DNA of 64,000 nt from Octopus sinensis (GCF_006345805.1 NW_021833011.1:27017-91016); one strand, 5' to 3'. Positions 11,690 to 24,804 are shown, counted from the first letter of the stretch. Notes: generated by a model from the letters alone, not told the origin. Numbers and translations are program-made.

Positions 11690-12290
11690 TCGGGAGTTCA
11701 GCTGAAGTGTGTGGATAATTACGAGTACCTTGGCAGCACAATCTCCCCCAATGGATCACTTGACATAGAAATTTCACCCAAAATCCCCGAGGCCAGCCAG
11801 GTATTTAGAGAGACTGAAAGTGAAAGTACTCCAGCAGAAAGGCATCAGACTGTCAACAAAGTTTAAGGTCTACAAGGCTGTAGTTGTCTCTAAACTGCTC
11901 TTTTGGTGAGAAGCATAGAACCCATGCCGCCGGCACATCAAACAGCCAGGACATTTTCGCACAAGGACCATAGGCATTTGCTGATAAGACAGGATGGCAG
12001 ACCACGAAGTGCTGCAAGGAACTCGCTCATGAAGCTTTGAGTCCATATTACACTGCACTGGCCATGTTATCAGATTAATTGCTTCGGCTGAGATTAAATA
12101 ATATAAATTGTCCTATTGTAAAAAAACGAATTGTATATGGCGAGCTCACGTACAGTTCACACAAACAAAGAAGGCCTTAACTGAAGTATAAGGACACTCT
12201 GAAAAGCAAGCACAAACGGAGCAGCATTAGTCCATAGATAACTCAGCGTGGCATCTCTCACTTCACGAGCAGCAGCTGTCTTCAAGGTAT
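11690..12290 (+). mobile_element. Degenerate RTE/BovB-like LINE fragment
   Basis: QLKCVDNYEYLGSTISPNGSLDIEI...KVYKAVVVSKLL motifs. Confidence 0.65.
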
Positions 12291-12339
12291 AAATATATAC
12301 ATACATACACACACACATATACATGGATACATACATACA

Positions 12340-12370
<31 letters not shown>

Positions 12371-12425
12371 TATATATATATACACATACATACATATACA
12401 TTTCAAAATAACATATATGCGCATT

Positions 12426-12496
<71 letters not shown>

Positions 12497-12639
12497 GTTT
12501 GTGTTTGTTTGTGTGTGTTGTGTGCATGTGGGACAAAAAAGTGAGTAGAGTTGAAGAAATGAACATGAGTGGAAGTGAGGCCTCCATCGGGTGTTATTTT
12601 CGTTCAGGAAGAAAAACCCAACGCGTCGGACAGGTAGAA

Positions 12640-14700
12640 AAATAAACTTGCCCGCAGTCACAGTAGTTCAGTATGTCGCTGGAATCCTGAAGTGAGCAGA
12701 GGAGGAAGTAAAGTTGATGGACAGGAAGTCAAGAAAGCTCCTGATGATGCATGGAGCCCATCATCAACGTGCAGACATTGATCATCTATACACGAAGAGA
12801 ACAAATGGAGGAAGAGGACGGATTGTTATGGAAGACTGCGTGCGTATCGAACTCGAGAGCTTAATGAGATATTAAGCCCAAAGTAAGGAAACCTTCATAG
12901 CGACAGTTAGGAGCGATGGAGTATTGTCCAGTGGATATAATTGCTTACTTTGTCATGTCTGTATATATATTCAGACATGGCAAGGACTGGGCAATCCGTA
13001 TCTGTGTTGATTGCACATTCAGCATTTGGTTGAGGCCTGTTTTATAATTGTTTGGAGTTAGGCATTGGTCTTCTGCAATGAGAATCAGTCCTACCGTTTC
13101 GGCTTTTAGTCCAGAGCTTTTGAACCATTGTTGGATTTTACTTAGGCTCACTTCCTCTCTGTCAAGCCTTGCAGGGTATTGGCCATGAAGTCATTTTTCT
13201 CTCCATTTCTCTCCATGGACAATCCTTACCACATTGTCATGATGTCTCTTATATTCTTTCTGGGCTAGTGGCGTACATTGATTGATAATATACCATATGG
13301 TTTCACCATTTTTTCCACAAATTCTCCATTAGGATGGAAGATTGCAAAGATAAAGCATTGTACAAGCAATTGAGAATGAATGTAATTGAAAATAGGTGAG
13401 TAAAGAAAACAATGCATGGACAATTTCATGGGGATGTTGAAGATAAGACAGACAGAGAAAAACGATGGCTATGGATGACTAAATGTGATTTAAAACCGGA
13501 AACGAAGGCTCTAATCTGTGCTGCCTAAGATCAAGCATTAATAACCAATTATATCAAATATAGAATAGACAACACATCAGAAAATGATAAGTGCAGAATT
13601 TGTGGAAAAAATGGTGAAACCATATGGTATATTATCAATCAATGTACGCCACTAGCCCAGAAAGAATATAAGAGACATCATGACAATGTGGTAAGGATTG
13701 TCCATGGAGAGAAAAATGACTTCATGGCCAATACCCTGCAAGGCTTGACAGAGAGGAAGTGAGCCTAAGTAAAATCCAACAATGGCTCAAAAGCTCTGGA
13801 CTAAAAGCCGAAACGGTAGGACTGATTCTCATTGCAGAAGACCAATGCCTAACTCCAAACAATTATAAAACAAAATACTGAAAACAGGCCTCAACCAAAT
13901 GCTGAATGTGCAATCAACACAGATACGGATTGCCCAGTCCTTGCCATGTCTGAATATATATACAGACATGACAAAGTAAGCAATTATATCCACAGGACAA
14001 TAGGCCAACATTACATCAAAATTGACAACAGGTGGTATAAGCATGTGCCAAGCAACGTCCAAGACAACGATCAGGCCACAGTCATCTGAGATATGCTGTT
14101 TTAACTGACAAAGAAATATAAGCTAATCGCCCAAACATAATAGTCAAGGATTGGGGAAAAAAACACCTGCTTACTGATAGACATTGCAGTTCCTTCAAAA
14201 TAGTGTCAAAAAAGAAACAGAGAAAAGCTCTAAATTGAAGTATTCAAAATATGGGGCATGAACGCAAAAACAATACTAATAATAATAATATCATTGGGCA
14301 TGATAAAAAAAAATCATAAGAATAAAAATGTAAAAGCTTTATCTGGATCCTCAACACTACAAACTGTCCCAAAAATAGCCCTGCTAGGAACAGGCCACAT
14401 CCTATGCAACACACTATCAATCCAATAATGAAACCTAAACAAAACAACTCACAGGTACAAGACACACTCTATACAGCATTTACCCAGGGAAATAAACTCC
14501 CACCAGCAACCTCGGGAACCAACGCATTGCACACTCAACACACAATACAAGCAGTAACACAATAAAAGACAGCACCATACCTCAAGGAAAGAAAAAGCTA
14601 ACGCAATACTGTACCGGAAGAATTCGCACACTCCCAGCAGCAGAAAAGAACATGCAATACTACACAGACCCCAGCAACTCGGAGGTGTTACAAGTGATGC
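12640..14700 (+). mobile_element. Rearranged mosaic of Dong/R4 LINE fragments from at least two subfamilies
   Basis: 12640-12921 closely matches 1060-1320; 13400-13700 MHGQF..ETKALICAA*DQAL..CRICGKNGET; 13720-14440 SGLKAETVGLI..EDQCL..NRPNIIVKD. Confidence 0.75.
12922..14002. repeat. ~400-bp inverted duplication (arms 12922-13325 and 13595-14002, 269-bp spacer)
   Basis: Arms compared by eye: about 2 substitutions, a 10-nt duplication in the left arm and a 14-nt deletion in the left arm. Confidence 0.9.
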
Positions 14701-14764
14701 AATAGAAATTTCCTTCCAGTCTACTAAATATTGAACAGTTATATAATATGATAATAATATTGTT

Positions 14765-14990
14765 TAGTCCTTCGGAACAGTATCAGGAGGCATCAAGAAG
14801 AATATAAAGGAAATTGGAATAGACTGCCCAGTGGAATTGTTAAATAAGGTCTGCTTCCTTGTCTCGGCCAGAATAATCAGGAAAGTATTAGATAGGTGAA
14901 AAGAACGAATAACAGGCACTGTAGGCTGCAGGTAGTAAGCCCGCTACGCATGCAATACTCCAGGATCTCAAACAAAACCTGTGATAAAGC
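14765..14990 (+). mobile_element. Dong/R4 LINE 3' end
   Basis: Homologous to 2205-2415; ends at (ATA)n 14994-15005. Confidence 0.7.
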
Positions 14991-15004
14991 GATAATAATA
15001 ATAA

Positions 15005-16637
15005 TAGGGCTTACTGGCGATTGTCAAACAATTCAGTGATGACATCAGAATGCAATTTGGCCTCGATAAATGTGCAAAAGCTACCTTTATCAAAGGAAAA
15101 ATGACAGAAACATCTAACGTTAACCTTGACCAGCAGAATGTTATAAAAGAAAATTAGACCCAGCAGAGAAATACAAGTACCTAGTGGTATTTGAAGGGGA
15201 CGGAATAAGGCATTCAGAGATGAAGGAAAGGATCAGGAGAGAATGCTATCACAGATTAAGAGCAATACTCAAGACAGAGCTGAATGCGAGAAACAGGATC
15301 TAAGCGATCAATACATTAGCCATACCAGTCGTGACTTACAGTTTCAATATCGTTAACTGGTCAATTACTGAAATATGTAATCTTGACAGAAAAATACGAA
15401 AACTGTTGACAATGCATAGAATGCACCACCCTAAGGCAGATACAGAACGACTTTATCTGCCAAGAAAAGAGGGAGGCTGTGGACTTTTACAATTGGCAAT
15501 AACAATGAAGATTGCTACAATTGGCCTAGACACCTACCTGAAAAACTCTGAGGACTGGATGTTAAAACTTGTCTCAAAACATGAAAACAAGAAAGCATCA
15601 TACTCAGTAACAAAACAGGCAAAGGAATATCTAAGTGAATTCCGAATACAACAAATTTTGGAATTAGACATAGACATACAAGAAACGGGCACAGAAAAAG
15701 CTAAGCGCATGAAAACCCGTGCTGAAACTGCGGCCTTAGATATTCTGAATGATAAATGGCAAGAAAAATCTCTCTATGGCAAATACCCAAAGAGAGCGAA
15801 TAATGCAGATGTTGACAAAGCCCTGACCCATCAATGGCTAATGGCCTCTGGCTTAAAATCTGAAACAGAGGGGTTTATCATAGCAGCTCAAGATCAATGC
15901 CTACCAACAAGAAACTACCAGGCCAACATATTAAAGAACAGCAGTAGCCCAACATGCCGTGTATGTCAACAACAGGCATGATAGACCTGCATAATATATT
16001 CACTGGGTAATCTGCAAAAACCTGGATTTGCCCCATGAAAAAACTGGTGGGAGCACAAACCACCCCCAGTGCTTAAAAATGACCACATCTCACTCCACTG
16101 GAACTTCCCCATTCAAACTGACAGAAAGATAGATGCAAATAGGCCAGACATCATATTGAAAGACTTCAGACAAAGAACATGCCTCCCCATTGATATGACT
16201 GTCCCAATCGATATAAACGTATCTGTCAAAACCTACCAAAAACTGAGCAAATATAAAGATCTTGAAATAGAAATCAGCAAAATGTGGAACCTGAAGACTA
16301 AAACAATACCTGTTGTCATAGGTGCCCTGGGAATGATAGCAAAAGGGGCTGATTGCTACCTAACTCAGATACCAGGAAACCCCAAAATGGCAGAAATTCA
16401 AAAGATAGTGCTCATGGGAACTGCTCATATCCTACGCAAAATACTTTCTATGTAATCTCAAGGTTTAAAACAAACATTTTTTTTAGACATCCACTAGTAC
16501 AACACCAAAAAAAACAACCAAATATATGGCACACTAGGCATAACAACAACGTGAACTTCCAACCTGTTGTCTCTTGAGGTCTCTGGGTGAGACTTGGAGC
16601 CAACTTGTACAAATATAAAGCAAAAGTCAAACATGGA
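15005..16637 (+). mobile_element. 5'-truncated Dong/R4 LINE (RT thumb to RLE and 3' UTR)
   Basis: FGLDKCAK, ORFs 15331..15981 and 16069..16455 (CRVC, ANRPDIILKD, QKLSKYKDL, PVVIGALG); (TAA)n on both sides. Confidence 0.92.
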
Positions 16638-16664
16638 ATAATAATAATAATAATAATAATAATA

Positions 16665-16697
<33 letters not shown>
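16638..16697. repeat. (TAA)n followed by (TTA)n microsatellite
   Basis: Directly visible. Confidence 0.95.
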
Positions 16698-16724
16698 CTA
16701 TCTCATGATAGCACTGAAACATAA

Positions 16725-17210
16725 ATTCCCACAGGTTCTTTGCATCATCATCGAAAATGATAATGTAAAGATCCTGTGGGATTTTATGATTCAGTGCGAC
16801 CATGAGATAAAGAATAGGAAGCCAAACATAGTCTTAATTGAGAAAGAAAGCAAACGATGCTGGATCATAGATACAGTATGCCCAGCAGACAATAAGGTAT
16901 GCGACAAGGAAAAAAGAAAAGTCGATAGATATGAGGTTAACTTGGGAGGTTAAGCAGTTGTGGTTGATGAAAAAGGTGGTAGTAGTAATAATAATTGTTG
17001 GAGCCCTGGAAATAGTGAGTAAAAATCTTGAGAAGTACATGGAACAAATAGGGGCTGCAATAACGGTGGAGCACTTGCAGAAAACAGCACTTCTTGGAAC
17101 CGCTTGAATACTCTGGAAGGTGCTCGAAAAATAAGAGGTGTTACCTTAGTTCACAGGTAGTGAACATGTGACACCGTGGTACATCTCCCGTGTTAAAGCT
17201 GTGCAAAGGA
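16725..17210 (+). mobile_element. Dong/R4 LINE RLE fragment and 3' UTR
   Basis: ORF 16705..16953 VKILWDFMIQCDHEIKNRKPNIVLIEK; ends in (TAA)n 17211-17233. Confidence 0.8.
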
Positions 17211-17233
17211 AATAATAATAATAATAATAATAA

Positions 17234-17725
17234 ATTCGTTTATTGGCCACAAGGGCTTACATAAAATTACATTAAACATATACAACATAAAAGACGATAC
17301 AATGGGTTTTGCAACAATTTAAAACTCCCAATAGGGGAAGCGCATGAAGGGCCTTGTGAAAAAAAACCATACAAGCCACAGGTACCTGAACGACAAGGAA
17401 AGAACCCTTCTTTTGTTTACAGGTCCACGCTCAGAATTGGTCCTTTCACACTGGTCATTATTCCACCATTCACCCACCTTTCAACAAACTTGCTACAAGG
17501 CAACACTTCCCTCTCCACCCTCAATTTCCTTTTCAAATGAAACTTGAAAAAGTTGATGTGGACTTGGCTAAAGAGAAAGGCACCTGTCTTTATCCCTTTC
17601 AAACGGATCCACCATACTACCTCTTTCGCTACAGCCACTAGACAAATAAAAATTGCCTTCCTCTCCCAATCAAAAGAGAGCGGCGGGGCAATCTTCACAA
17701 TGGATTCAGCTGATAGCCGGATCCA
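17234..17725 (-). mobile_element. Tx1/L1-like LINE 3' fragment
   Basis: Minus ORF 17417..17698 FICLVAVAKEVVWW.R...FF..HLKRKLRVER..L..FVERW resembles Tx1-type C-termini (from recall); (TAA)n on both sides. Confidence 0.5.
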
Positions 17726-17757
<32 letters not shown>

Positions 17758-17759
<2 letters not shown>

Positions 17760-18930
17760 TGCTTAACTGGAATACCAGTGAAATAATGAAAATTGAAAGA
17801 AGAATTCGCAAGCTACTGACTTGTAATAAGATGCACCATCCAAAGGCAGACGTGGATCGCCTTTACCTTCCCAGAGCTCAGGGAGGACGAGGTTTGATCC
17901 AGCTTGAACTTACATACAAAACCACCACAATCGAACTGGCCAAATACCTTGAAGCAACCAACGATTGGATGCTAAAACTTGTTGAAAAACATGAAAGACC
18001 GAAAAAAATTCACTCTATTCTCAAAGAGAGCAAAAAATTCGCTACTGATCTCTTAGATACCTACCAGATTGATCAGGCTGAAGGAAATGCGCCAACTGCT
18101 GCTGCAAAGAAAATAAAATTAATTGCAAAGACAAAAGCGCATGAAAAATTAGCTAGCAGATGGGAACAGAAACCTCTCCATGGCAAGTATGTGGCCTGTA
18201 GCAAACAAGCTGATGTCGACCAGAAACACACGCACCAATGGTTACGAAGCTCAGGGCTAAAAGCAGAGAGTGAAGGTTTCATATTAGCTGCTCAAGACCA
18301 ATGCATATTAACCCGGAACTACCAAGCCAATGTGATAAAAAATGGAGCTGACCCAAAATGCTGATTCTGTAACGATGAGATTGAAACAATAGACCACCTA
18401 ATCTCAGGGTGTAGAGTCTTAGCACCTGTAGAATATAAAGCAAGACATGATAGAGTCAGCCGGTATTTACACTGAACAATATGTCGGCATTAGAAAATCA
18501 AAACCGCTGGCAAATGGTATAAACACCATCCTGAAGCTGTGACTGAAGAAGAAAATGTGTCGATTCTATGGGACTTCCCCGTGCAGACCGACAAGACTAT
18601 AAAAGCTAATAAACCGCATATTATCATAAAAGATCAAACAAAAAGGATGTGTTTATTAATTGACATGAGTATTCCTTGCGATCACAATATAGCAGCGAAA
18701 GATATTTGACATGATTAGTAAATATAAATAGACTTGCTAATAGAAATTGAAAAAATGTGGCATCTCAAGGTGACTACATTTCCAGTGATTGTGGGATCTC
18801 TAGGAATGATTTAAAAAAAGGTACTGAAACCTATTTGAAAATGATACCAGGCTTACCATCCCTACAGGAAGTGCAAAAAATCGTGTTAACTGGAACGGCT
18901 CATGTACTGAGAAGAGCACTATCGCTGTGA
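17758..18930 (+). mobile_element. 5'-truncated Dong/R4 LINE
   Basis: ORF 17759..18364 (HHPKADVDRLYLPRAQGGRGL, SGLKAESEGFILAAQDQ) then degenerate RLE; begins right after (TAA)n 17726-17757. Confidence 0.9.
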
Positions 18931-19210
18931 AAACAACATCCATTCAGGAATTTATTTATTTATTAATTTTTTAAATACATATTTTACCTGTGAATTTGCG
19001 TGTGTAATCTGGGAATGCATACAATGAGCTTCTCTGCCCTAGGTGTACGGAAAACACTTGCCGAGAAACAGAAGAAAATTTGAAGAAAGAAGGAATGATG
19101 ATGATGATGATGATGCATCAAGAGCAATATAAAGAAAACTGTAGAAAACTGTGTAGTAAATAGACTGTCATCTAAATTACTCAAAAATGAAAATAACACT
19201 GTCATCTCAT

Positions 19211-19752
19211 TTTAACAGACATATTTACCAAAATTACATAAAAATATCTTGAAATAATAAAGAGTAAATTTACTCAATAAAATCGCCATTGGCTTCAACC
19301 ACAGCCTCCAAATGACTTCGGAATCTTCTGCAACTCTTCTCTACGGTCTCCTTGTATAAGTTGGCGAATACTGCTATAATCCTTGCCTTCAGTTCATACT
19401 TGGTAATACAAGGATTTTTATTGGCTTCTCGCTCAACTGCGTCCCACACATAATAGCCAAGTGGATGGCAATCTGGGGAGCTAGGTGACCAGACTTTAGG
19501 AGTGATGTGGTCGCAAGAATTGTCTGGCAGCCTCATGAGGCTGCCAAACAATTGTATTACCAAGTATGAACTGAAGGCAAGGATTATGGCAGCATTCGCC
19601 AACTTAAACAAGGAGACCGTCCAAAAGAGTTGCAGGAGATTCCGAAGTCATCTGGAGGCCATGGTTGAAGCCAATGGCGATTTTATTGAATTTATTTACT
19701 CTTTAGTATTTCAAGATATTTTTATGTAATTTTGGTAAATATATCTGTGAAA
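19211..19752. mobile_element. Fold-back structure built from a Tc1/mariner transposase 3' end
   Basis: Opposite-strand ORFs 19270..19611 and 19502..19729 both end ITKYELKARI..CRRFRSHLEA.VEANGDFIE; WSPSSPDCHPL motif; arms ~19211-19411 and 19552-19752. Confidence 0.85.
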
Positions 19753-20299
19753 GGTTTCTTTCAGAGTAATTTCCTCAGAGTAATATGTGACAAAGTGAAA
19801 TGAAAGTGTTTTTGTTTTAAGGACTGAAACGTCCGTTGGGAATTGAGCAGGGAATAAACTTGGGCAAAAGGGTTTGAGAAATGTTATAAGAAATTCTGGG
19901 AATCTTTTCTTCGCTGTAAATCCATAAATTTCTCGAAACATAGATCCGTCAATGCCAGACCACTTCATATCGCCCAAATGACCCAGCGATATACTTCGAC
20001 TATCTTCTGATTCGGGGGGTTGCGGTAATCTCTGGTTTTTTTTTTTTGGTCTTCTTTAATTGAAATTTTACAAACAGTTATTCTTTTCAAAATCGGAAAT
20101 CTCCATAGCCGAAAACGTGGGATTCCATAAAAACAATTTTTTTTTATCTAAAGGGGCAGACGGGTCCCTTTATGTCTCTGCCATGTGTACGTTCAGTGAA
20201 TTTATGGAATTTACCAAATGCCATCTCATTCTTTTTTTTTTCTTTTCTTTTTCTTTACTACCCACAGAGGGGACAAACATAAAGGGGGTCTTTTCCTTT

Positions 20300-20760
20300 T
20301 GAACGGCAGTTTTCAACACAGTTTCTAGTTAACTAAACACTCTAAAACTTCGTATACTGGTAGAATGTGTCAAAAGAAAACATTATTTGGATCTTTTCAG
20401 TTTGAATGGCAGTTTTTAACATAGTTTCTAGTTAACTAAAAAATGTTAAACTTCGTATACTGGTAGAATGTGTTTATAAAACATCTTTTTCTCTTGGCTT
20501 TATTGAGAAAATTCTATGGTTTGTAAGATATTTGATCTTTAATTTCTTCAATTTCTGCAATTTCAACCAATCACTGGCATCTGTTGAGTTAAAAAGCATT
20601 CTATGCCATATGAATATGTCCCTTGTTTAAGAAACACATTGGGTTTATTTACATTTGTGAAGAAAAAAAGATACCCTTCCCCCACCCCTAACCCTAACCC
20701 TAAAACAGATTGAAAGACAATAGATCGATACTAGGGTCATAATTATGGGTGACACCGCTA
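20300..20760. repeat. Interspersed repeat with internal ~100-bp duplication and (CCCTAA)3
   Basis: GAA.GGCAGTTTT.AACA.AGTTTCTAGTTAACTAAA..AAACTTCGTATACTGGTAGAATGTGT occurs twice; CCCTAACCCTAACCCTAA at ~20686-20703. Confidence 0.5.
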
Positions 20761-20774
20761 GAACAAACATAGAT

Positions 20775-21270
20775 CCAAGTGTGGTTGAGAAGCTAACTTC
20801 CTGATCACGTGGTTTCAGGTTCAATTCCACTCACAGCATTTTGGACAAGTGTCTTCTGTTATAGGTCAGTGGTTGGCCAAAGCCTTGGGAGTGGATTTCG
20901 TTGATAGAAACTGAAAGAAGCTCATCATTTATACATACATATATACTTTTTTATAAAAGGTGTATACAGCTCATTGGAGCACTTCTATTTCCAGTCCGTT
21001 GTATATCTTGAGTGTTGTTGTCACTCAAGATATAACTTTATATTTTGTAATACATACATATATATATGTGTGTGTGTGTGTGAGGGTGAGTAGCCAGGTG
21101 TTGACAGCACACGATGGTTGTAAATGAACATCACCATCACACAAGTGATGTTGTGTCATTTCCAGTCTTCCATGAAAAACATGTCTGACCATGGAGAAAT
21201 ATTCCCTCATTTGGAAACATGTGGCACTTGGCTACAGGAAGGACACCCAGCCATGGACACTAAATTATGG
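20775..21270 (+). mobile_element. CORE-type SINE, CpG-decayed
   Basis: B-box-like GGTTCAATTCC, TTGGACAAGTGTCTTCT, internal (TG)n, 3' segment shared with 35640-35850 and 36690-36930. Confidence 0.65.
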
Positions 21271-21744
21271 TGCACAGACACACACACACACACATATACA
21301 TACACATGTACGTACCAACACGCATGAACACACACACACAGTATACATGCACACAATAGCTTTATATACATCCACTTGCTTGCACACACAGTTACATCGC
21401 ATAGCCTTATACACACACACATAAACCAAAGGCATGGACATACATACACTCATGCATAGATACTTATACACAGTAGTCTCATACACATGTGTGCTCACAT
21501 ACACGTGCCAAGTTCATTGTTGTCTCCCTTGTTATTCGTACTTCAAATCAGCTCTCATAGATGTCTCCCTTGGTTGCCAGAGCCACTGACACCTTCAGCA
21601 ACCTCTTCCTCCTCCCATCATTTCAGCTTGTAGTGACACTCTGACATGGGTTTCTTCTCTTCTCTCTCTCTTCTTCTATTCTTTCTGTCAAAGAGTAGGC
21701 TCAAAATGTTAGACACTTCCAATTTTCTCTAAGCATAAAGTTGA

Positions 21745-24135
21745 TACACTTCTGCTGTGGAGGTCAGGTCTTCTTGAGCACAGCAAGGCACCAGATATCT
21801 CAGTCCTTTGTCATCTCATCCACAAGGTTCACCGTTCGGAGGTTCTCCTTCAGAACTTCGTCCTCTGTTTTACTGGGTCTCCCTCTTACACAAGTTCCAT
21901 CCACTTTGAATGTACGGCACTTTTTGTGGAGCTGTCAGCATCCATCCACATCACATGGCCAAACCAGCACTGTCTTCTCTCACAGACTGCATCCAATTCT
22001 TCTTCTGCCAAACTTCTCTCTCAATACACTAACAGTCTGTTGTATATATGTGTTTCTTTATTGGCCACACGAGGCTGAATACAGAAGGGACAAAATACAA
22101 AGTAGAGCTTTTCTTTTTGGAAGGAAGTAGAGAAGAAACCAAAAAAAAGAAGTGGGTCAAATTCCAATCAAAAGGGTTTGTGAAGAAAAAAAATATATAC
22201 ATATACGTGTGTGTGTGTGTGTATACAAGTAAAATAGAATTAAAATGTAATATATATATTGATATATATAACAAAATATATTTTTAATAAAAATAATAAT
22301 AATCATCGTTTAAGATCCGCTTTCCATGCTAGCATGGGTTGGACAATTTGACTGAGGACTGGAAAACCAGATGGCTGCACCAGGCTCCATTCTTGATCTT
22401 GCAAAGGTTCTACATCTGGATGCCCTTCCTAACACCAACCGCTCTGAGAGTGTAGTGGGTGCTTTTACATGCCACCGACATGGAACCCAGTTAGCTTCAG
22501 GCGGTACTGGCAACAGCCACGCTCAAATGGTGTTTGTTATGTGCCAATCCAGTGGCACTCGCAACGACCTCACTCAAATGTTTTTTCACATGCCACCAGC
22601 ACAAGTGCCACTAAGACAACGCTGGTAACAATCACGCTCGAATGGTGCTTTTTATGTGCCACCACCATGGAAGCCAGTTAGCTGCTCTGGCAACGATCAC
22701 TCTCGGATGGTGCTCATAGTGCTCCACTAGCATGGTTGCCAGTCATCGAAATTGATTTCGATTTCACTTGCGTCAACAGGTCTTTGTAATCAGAGTTTAG
22801 TGTCCAAAGAAGGAAAGGTACACATAAGTGGGCTGGTTACACCCCTGGCATAGGACGCAAAGTTATGGTCTCATTTGGCTTGCAAGGTCTTCTCAAGCAC
22901 AGCATATTTCCAAAAGTCTCGGTCACCAGTCATTGCCTCGGTGATGCCTAATGTTCGAAGGTCATGCTTCACCACTTCGAACCAGGTCTTCCTGGGTCTA
23001 CCTCTTCCACAGGTTCCCTTAAATGCTAGGGTGTGGCACTTTTTCACACTGCTGTCCTCATCCATTCTCGCCACATGACTATGTCATCTCTCTTGCACCC
23101 CAATCTGATGCTTCTTAGGTCCAACTTTTCTCTCAAGGTAGTTACACTCTATCGAGTATGCACACTGACATTACACATCCAGCGGATCATATTGGCTTTA
23201 TTCCTTGTGAGCCTACGCATATCGTGAGCAGTCATAGCCTATGTTTCACTGCCAAGTAGCATGGCTGTTGATACACATGCGTCATACAATCTACCTTTTA
23301 CTCACCAGCAGAGGTAAGAGTTCTCTGAACTTTGCCCAGGCTATTCTTATTCTAGCAGCTACACTTTCAGTGCATTCCCACCTACAGCTACTGACATGGT
23401 CACCTAGGTAACGGAAGCTATCAATTACTAGTTTTTCTCCCTGGAATGTGGCAGAAGTTCTTCTCTGCACATTTTCAGTATTTATTGCTCCTGAGCATCT
23501 GCCACATACAAAAACTATCTTCCCAGTTAGCCTTCTTTCGATATTGTTGCACCTCTTATGTGTCCATAGCTTACGCTGGGTACATCTTATAGAGTTTCTA
23601 CCTACGCCATTTCTACAGATCGAGCAGGGCCATCTACCTGAAGGGATTTGTGGTTTGCCTGCCTGATGGGCCAGTGGCTTTCCCGGTCTTCATACTCTTA
23701 ATTGCTTTATCTACCAAGGTACTGTCAACTCGGATAGCTGGTCGCTCTGTGAGGTCAACATTCAGCAGACCCTCTTTCTCCCATTCATTTTCTTTATTCA
23801 GCAACCTTTCATTGTGGCATCTACAAATCTCTCTCTTTGCGGCCTCATTTAGTGCAAGAGAACCATCATCCATGCGAACACATTTCTCTCCTACAACATC
23901 ACGATTCTCTCTCACACACTGTCTTGCAACACGAAATACCTCAAGTCTTTGATCCTCACGGCGCAGAACATTGGCAAATTTTTCCTTATCTGCTTCCCTT
24001 CTGACTAAATAAACCTGCCACCTAGCTTCCCTTCTGGGAGTCTGATACACTTCCCTGCTACCACCGTTCTTCCAGTCTTTCCAAGCCTGTTTCTTTTCTC
24101 TAATAGCCCTGTCAACAACATTGTTCCACCACCAT
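21745..24135 (-). mobile_element. Cluster of RTE/BovB LINE fragments and 3' UTR
   Basis: Minus ORFs 22871..23074 (GRGRPRKTWFEVVKHDL) and 23634..24170 (WWNNVVDRAIREKK); (CAT)n-proximal 3' UTR at ~22300-22760. Confidence 0.85.
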
Positions 24136-24804
24136 CTTATTAAAAATCGAATTGGGGAATCCGAGTGCATGCACTAGTATATATAGGGTGGTGGTGTTGG
24201 TGGAAGAGGAGGAAGTCTTGGCGAGGCGAGTGGTAATCGAAAAAGAGAGAGACACACAGTCAGAGTGAGAGCGAGACAAAGACAGAGAGAGAGGGTGGGT
24301 AGAGATGTTCAGAACACGAGGTAGAAAAATATTCTTTTGGGATTTGTGTGGCATAGTTAATTTAACGAGACAGCAAATGTTGATAAGAGTAAAATAGAAT
24401 TGAAGAATCTGAGAGCCAGTCTAAGACAAAATTAGAGAAATAAAGTGACTGTGTGATAGACTTTCATAGATGAATGAATGAATATGTTGCGGTTAAGGAA
24501 TTGCTTGAGCTAAGGTTATATTAAAGGCAAAAACAGGGAAGACGAAACTATTGAAACTATATTTACATGTCTACATGGTAATGAAATAGGTAGAATAATG
24601 AAAAGAACTAACAAGGGGTTTATGATTTGTGCAGAAATAGAAGAGTAAGTGACGAGGTTGAAAAGACAAAACTTCTTATCTGAGCATCTTCTGAGATTCA
24701 TATTTTTTCGCTGAGGTATTGAAATAATATATTAATATATTACACATATTAACACATATTAACATGTATTAAACAGGAACATAAGAATGCAAATATCTTT
24801 GCAG

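Noticed and set aside
19711-20055. Minus-strand open frame (GDMKWSGIDGSMFREIYGF...)
   Set aside because: No recognisable motif, no acceptor on that strand, and it runs into the mariner fold-back
20686-20703. (CCCTAA)3 as an interstitial telomere or fusion site
   Set aside because: Only three units, embedded in an interspersed repeat
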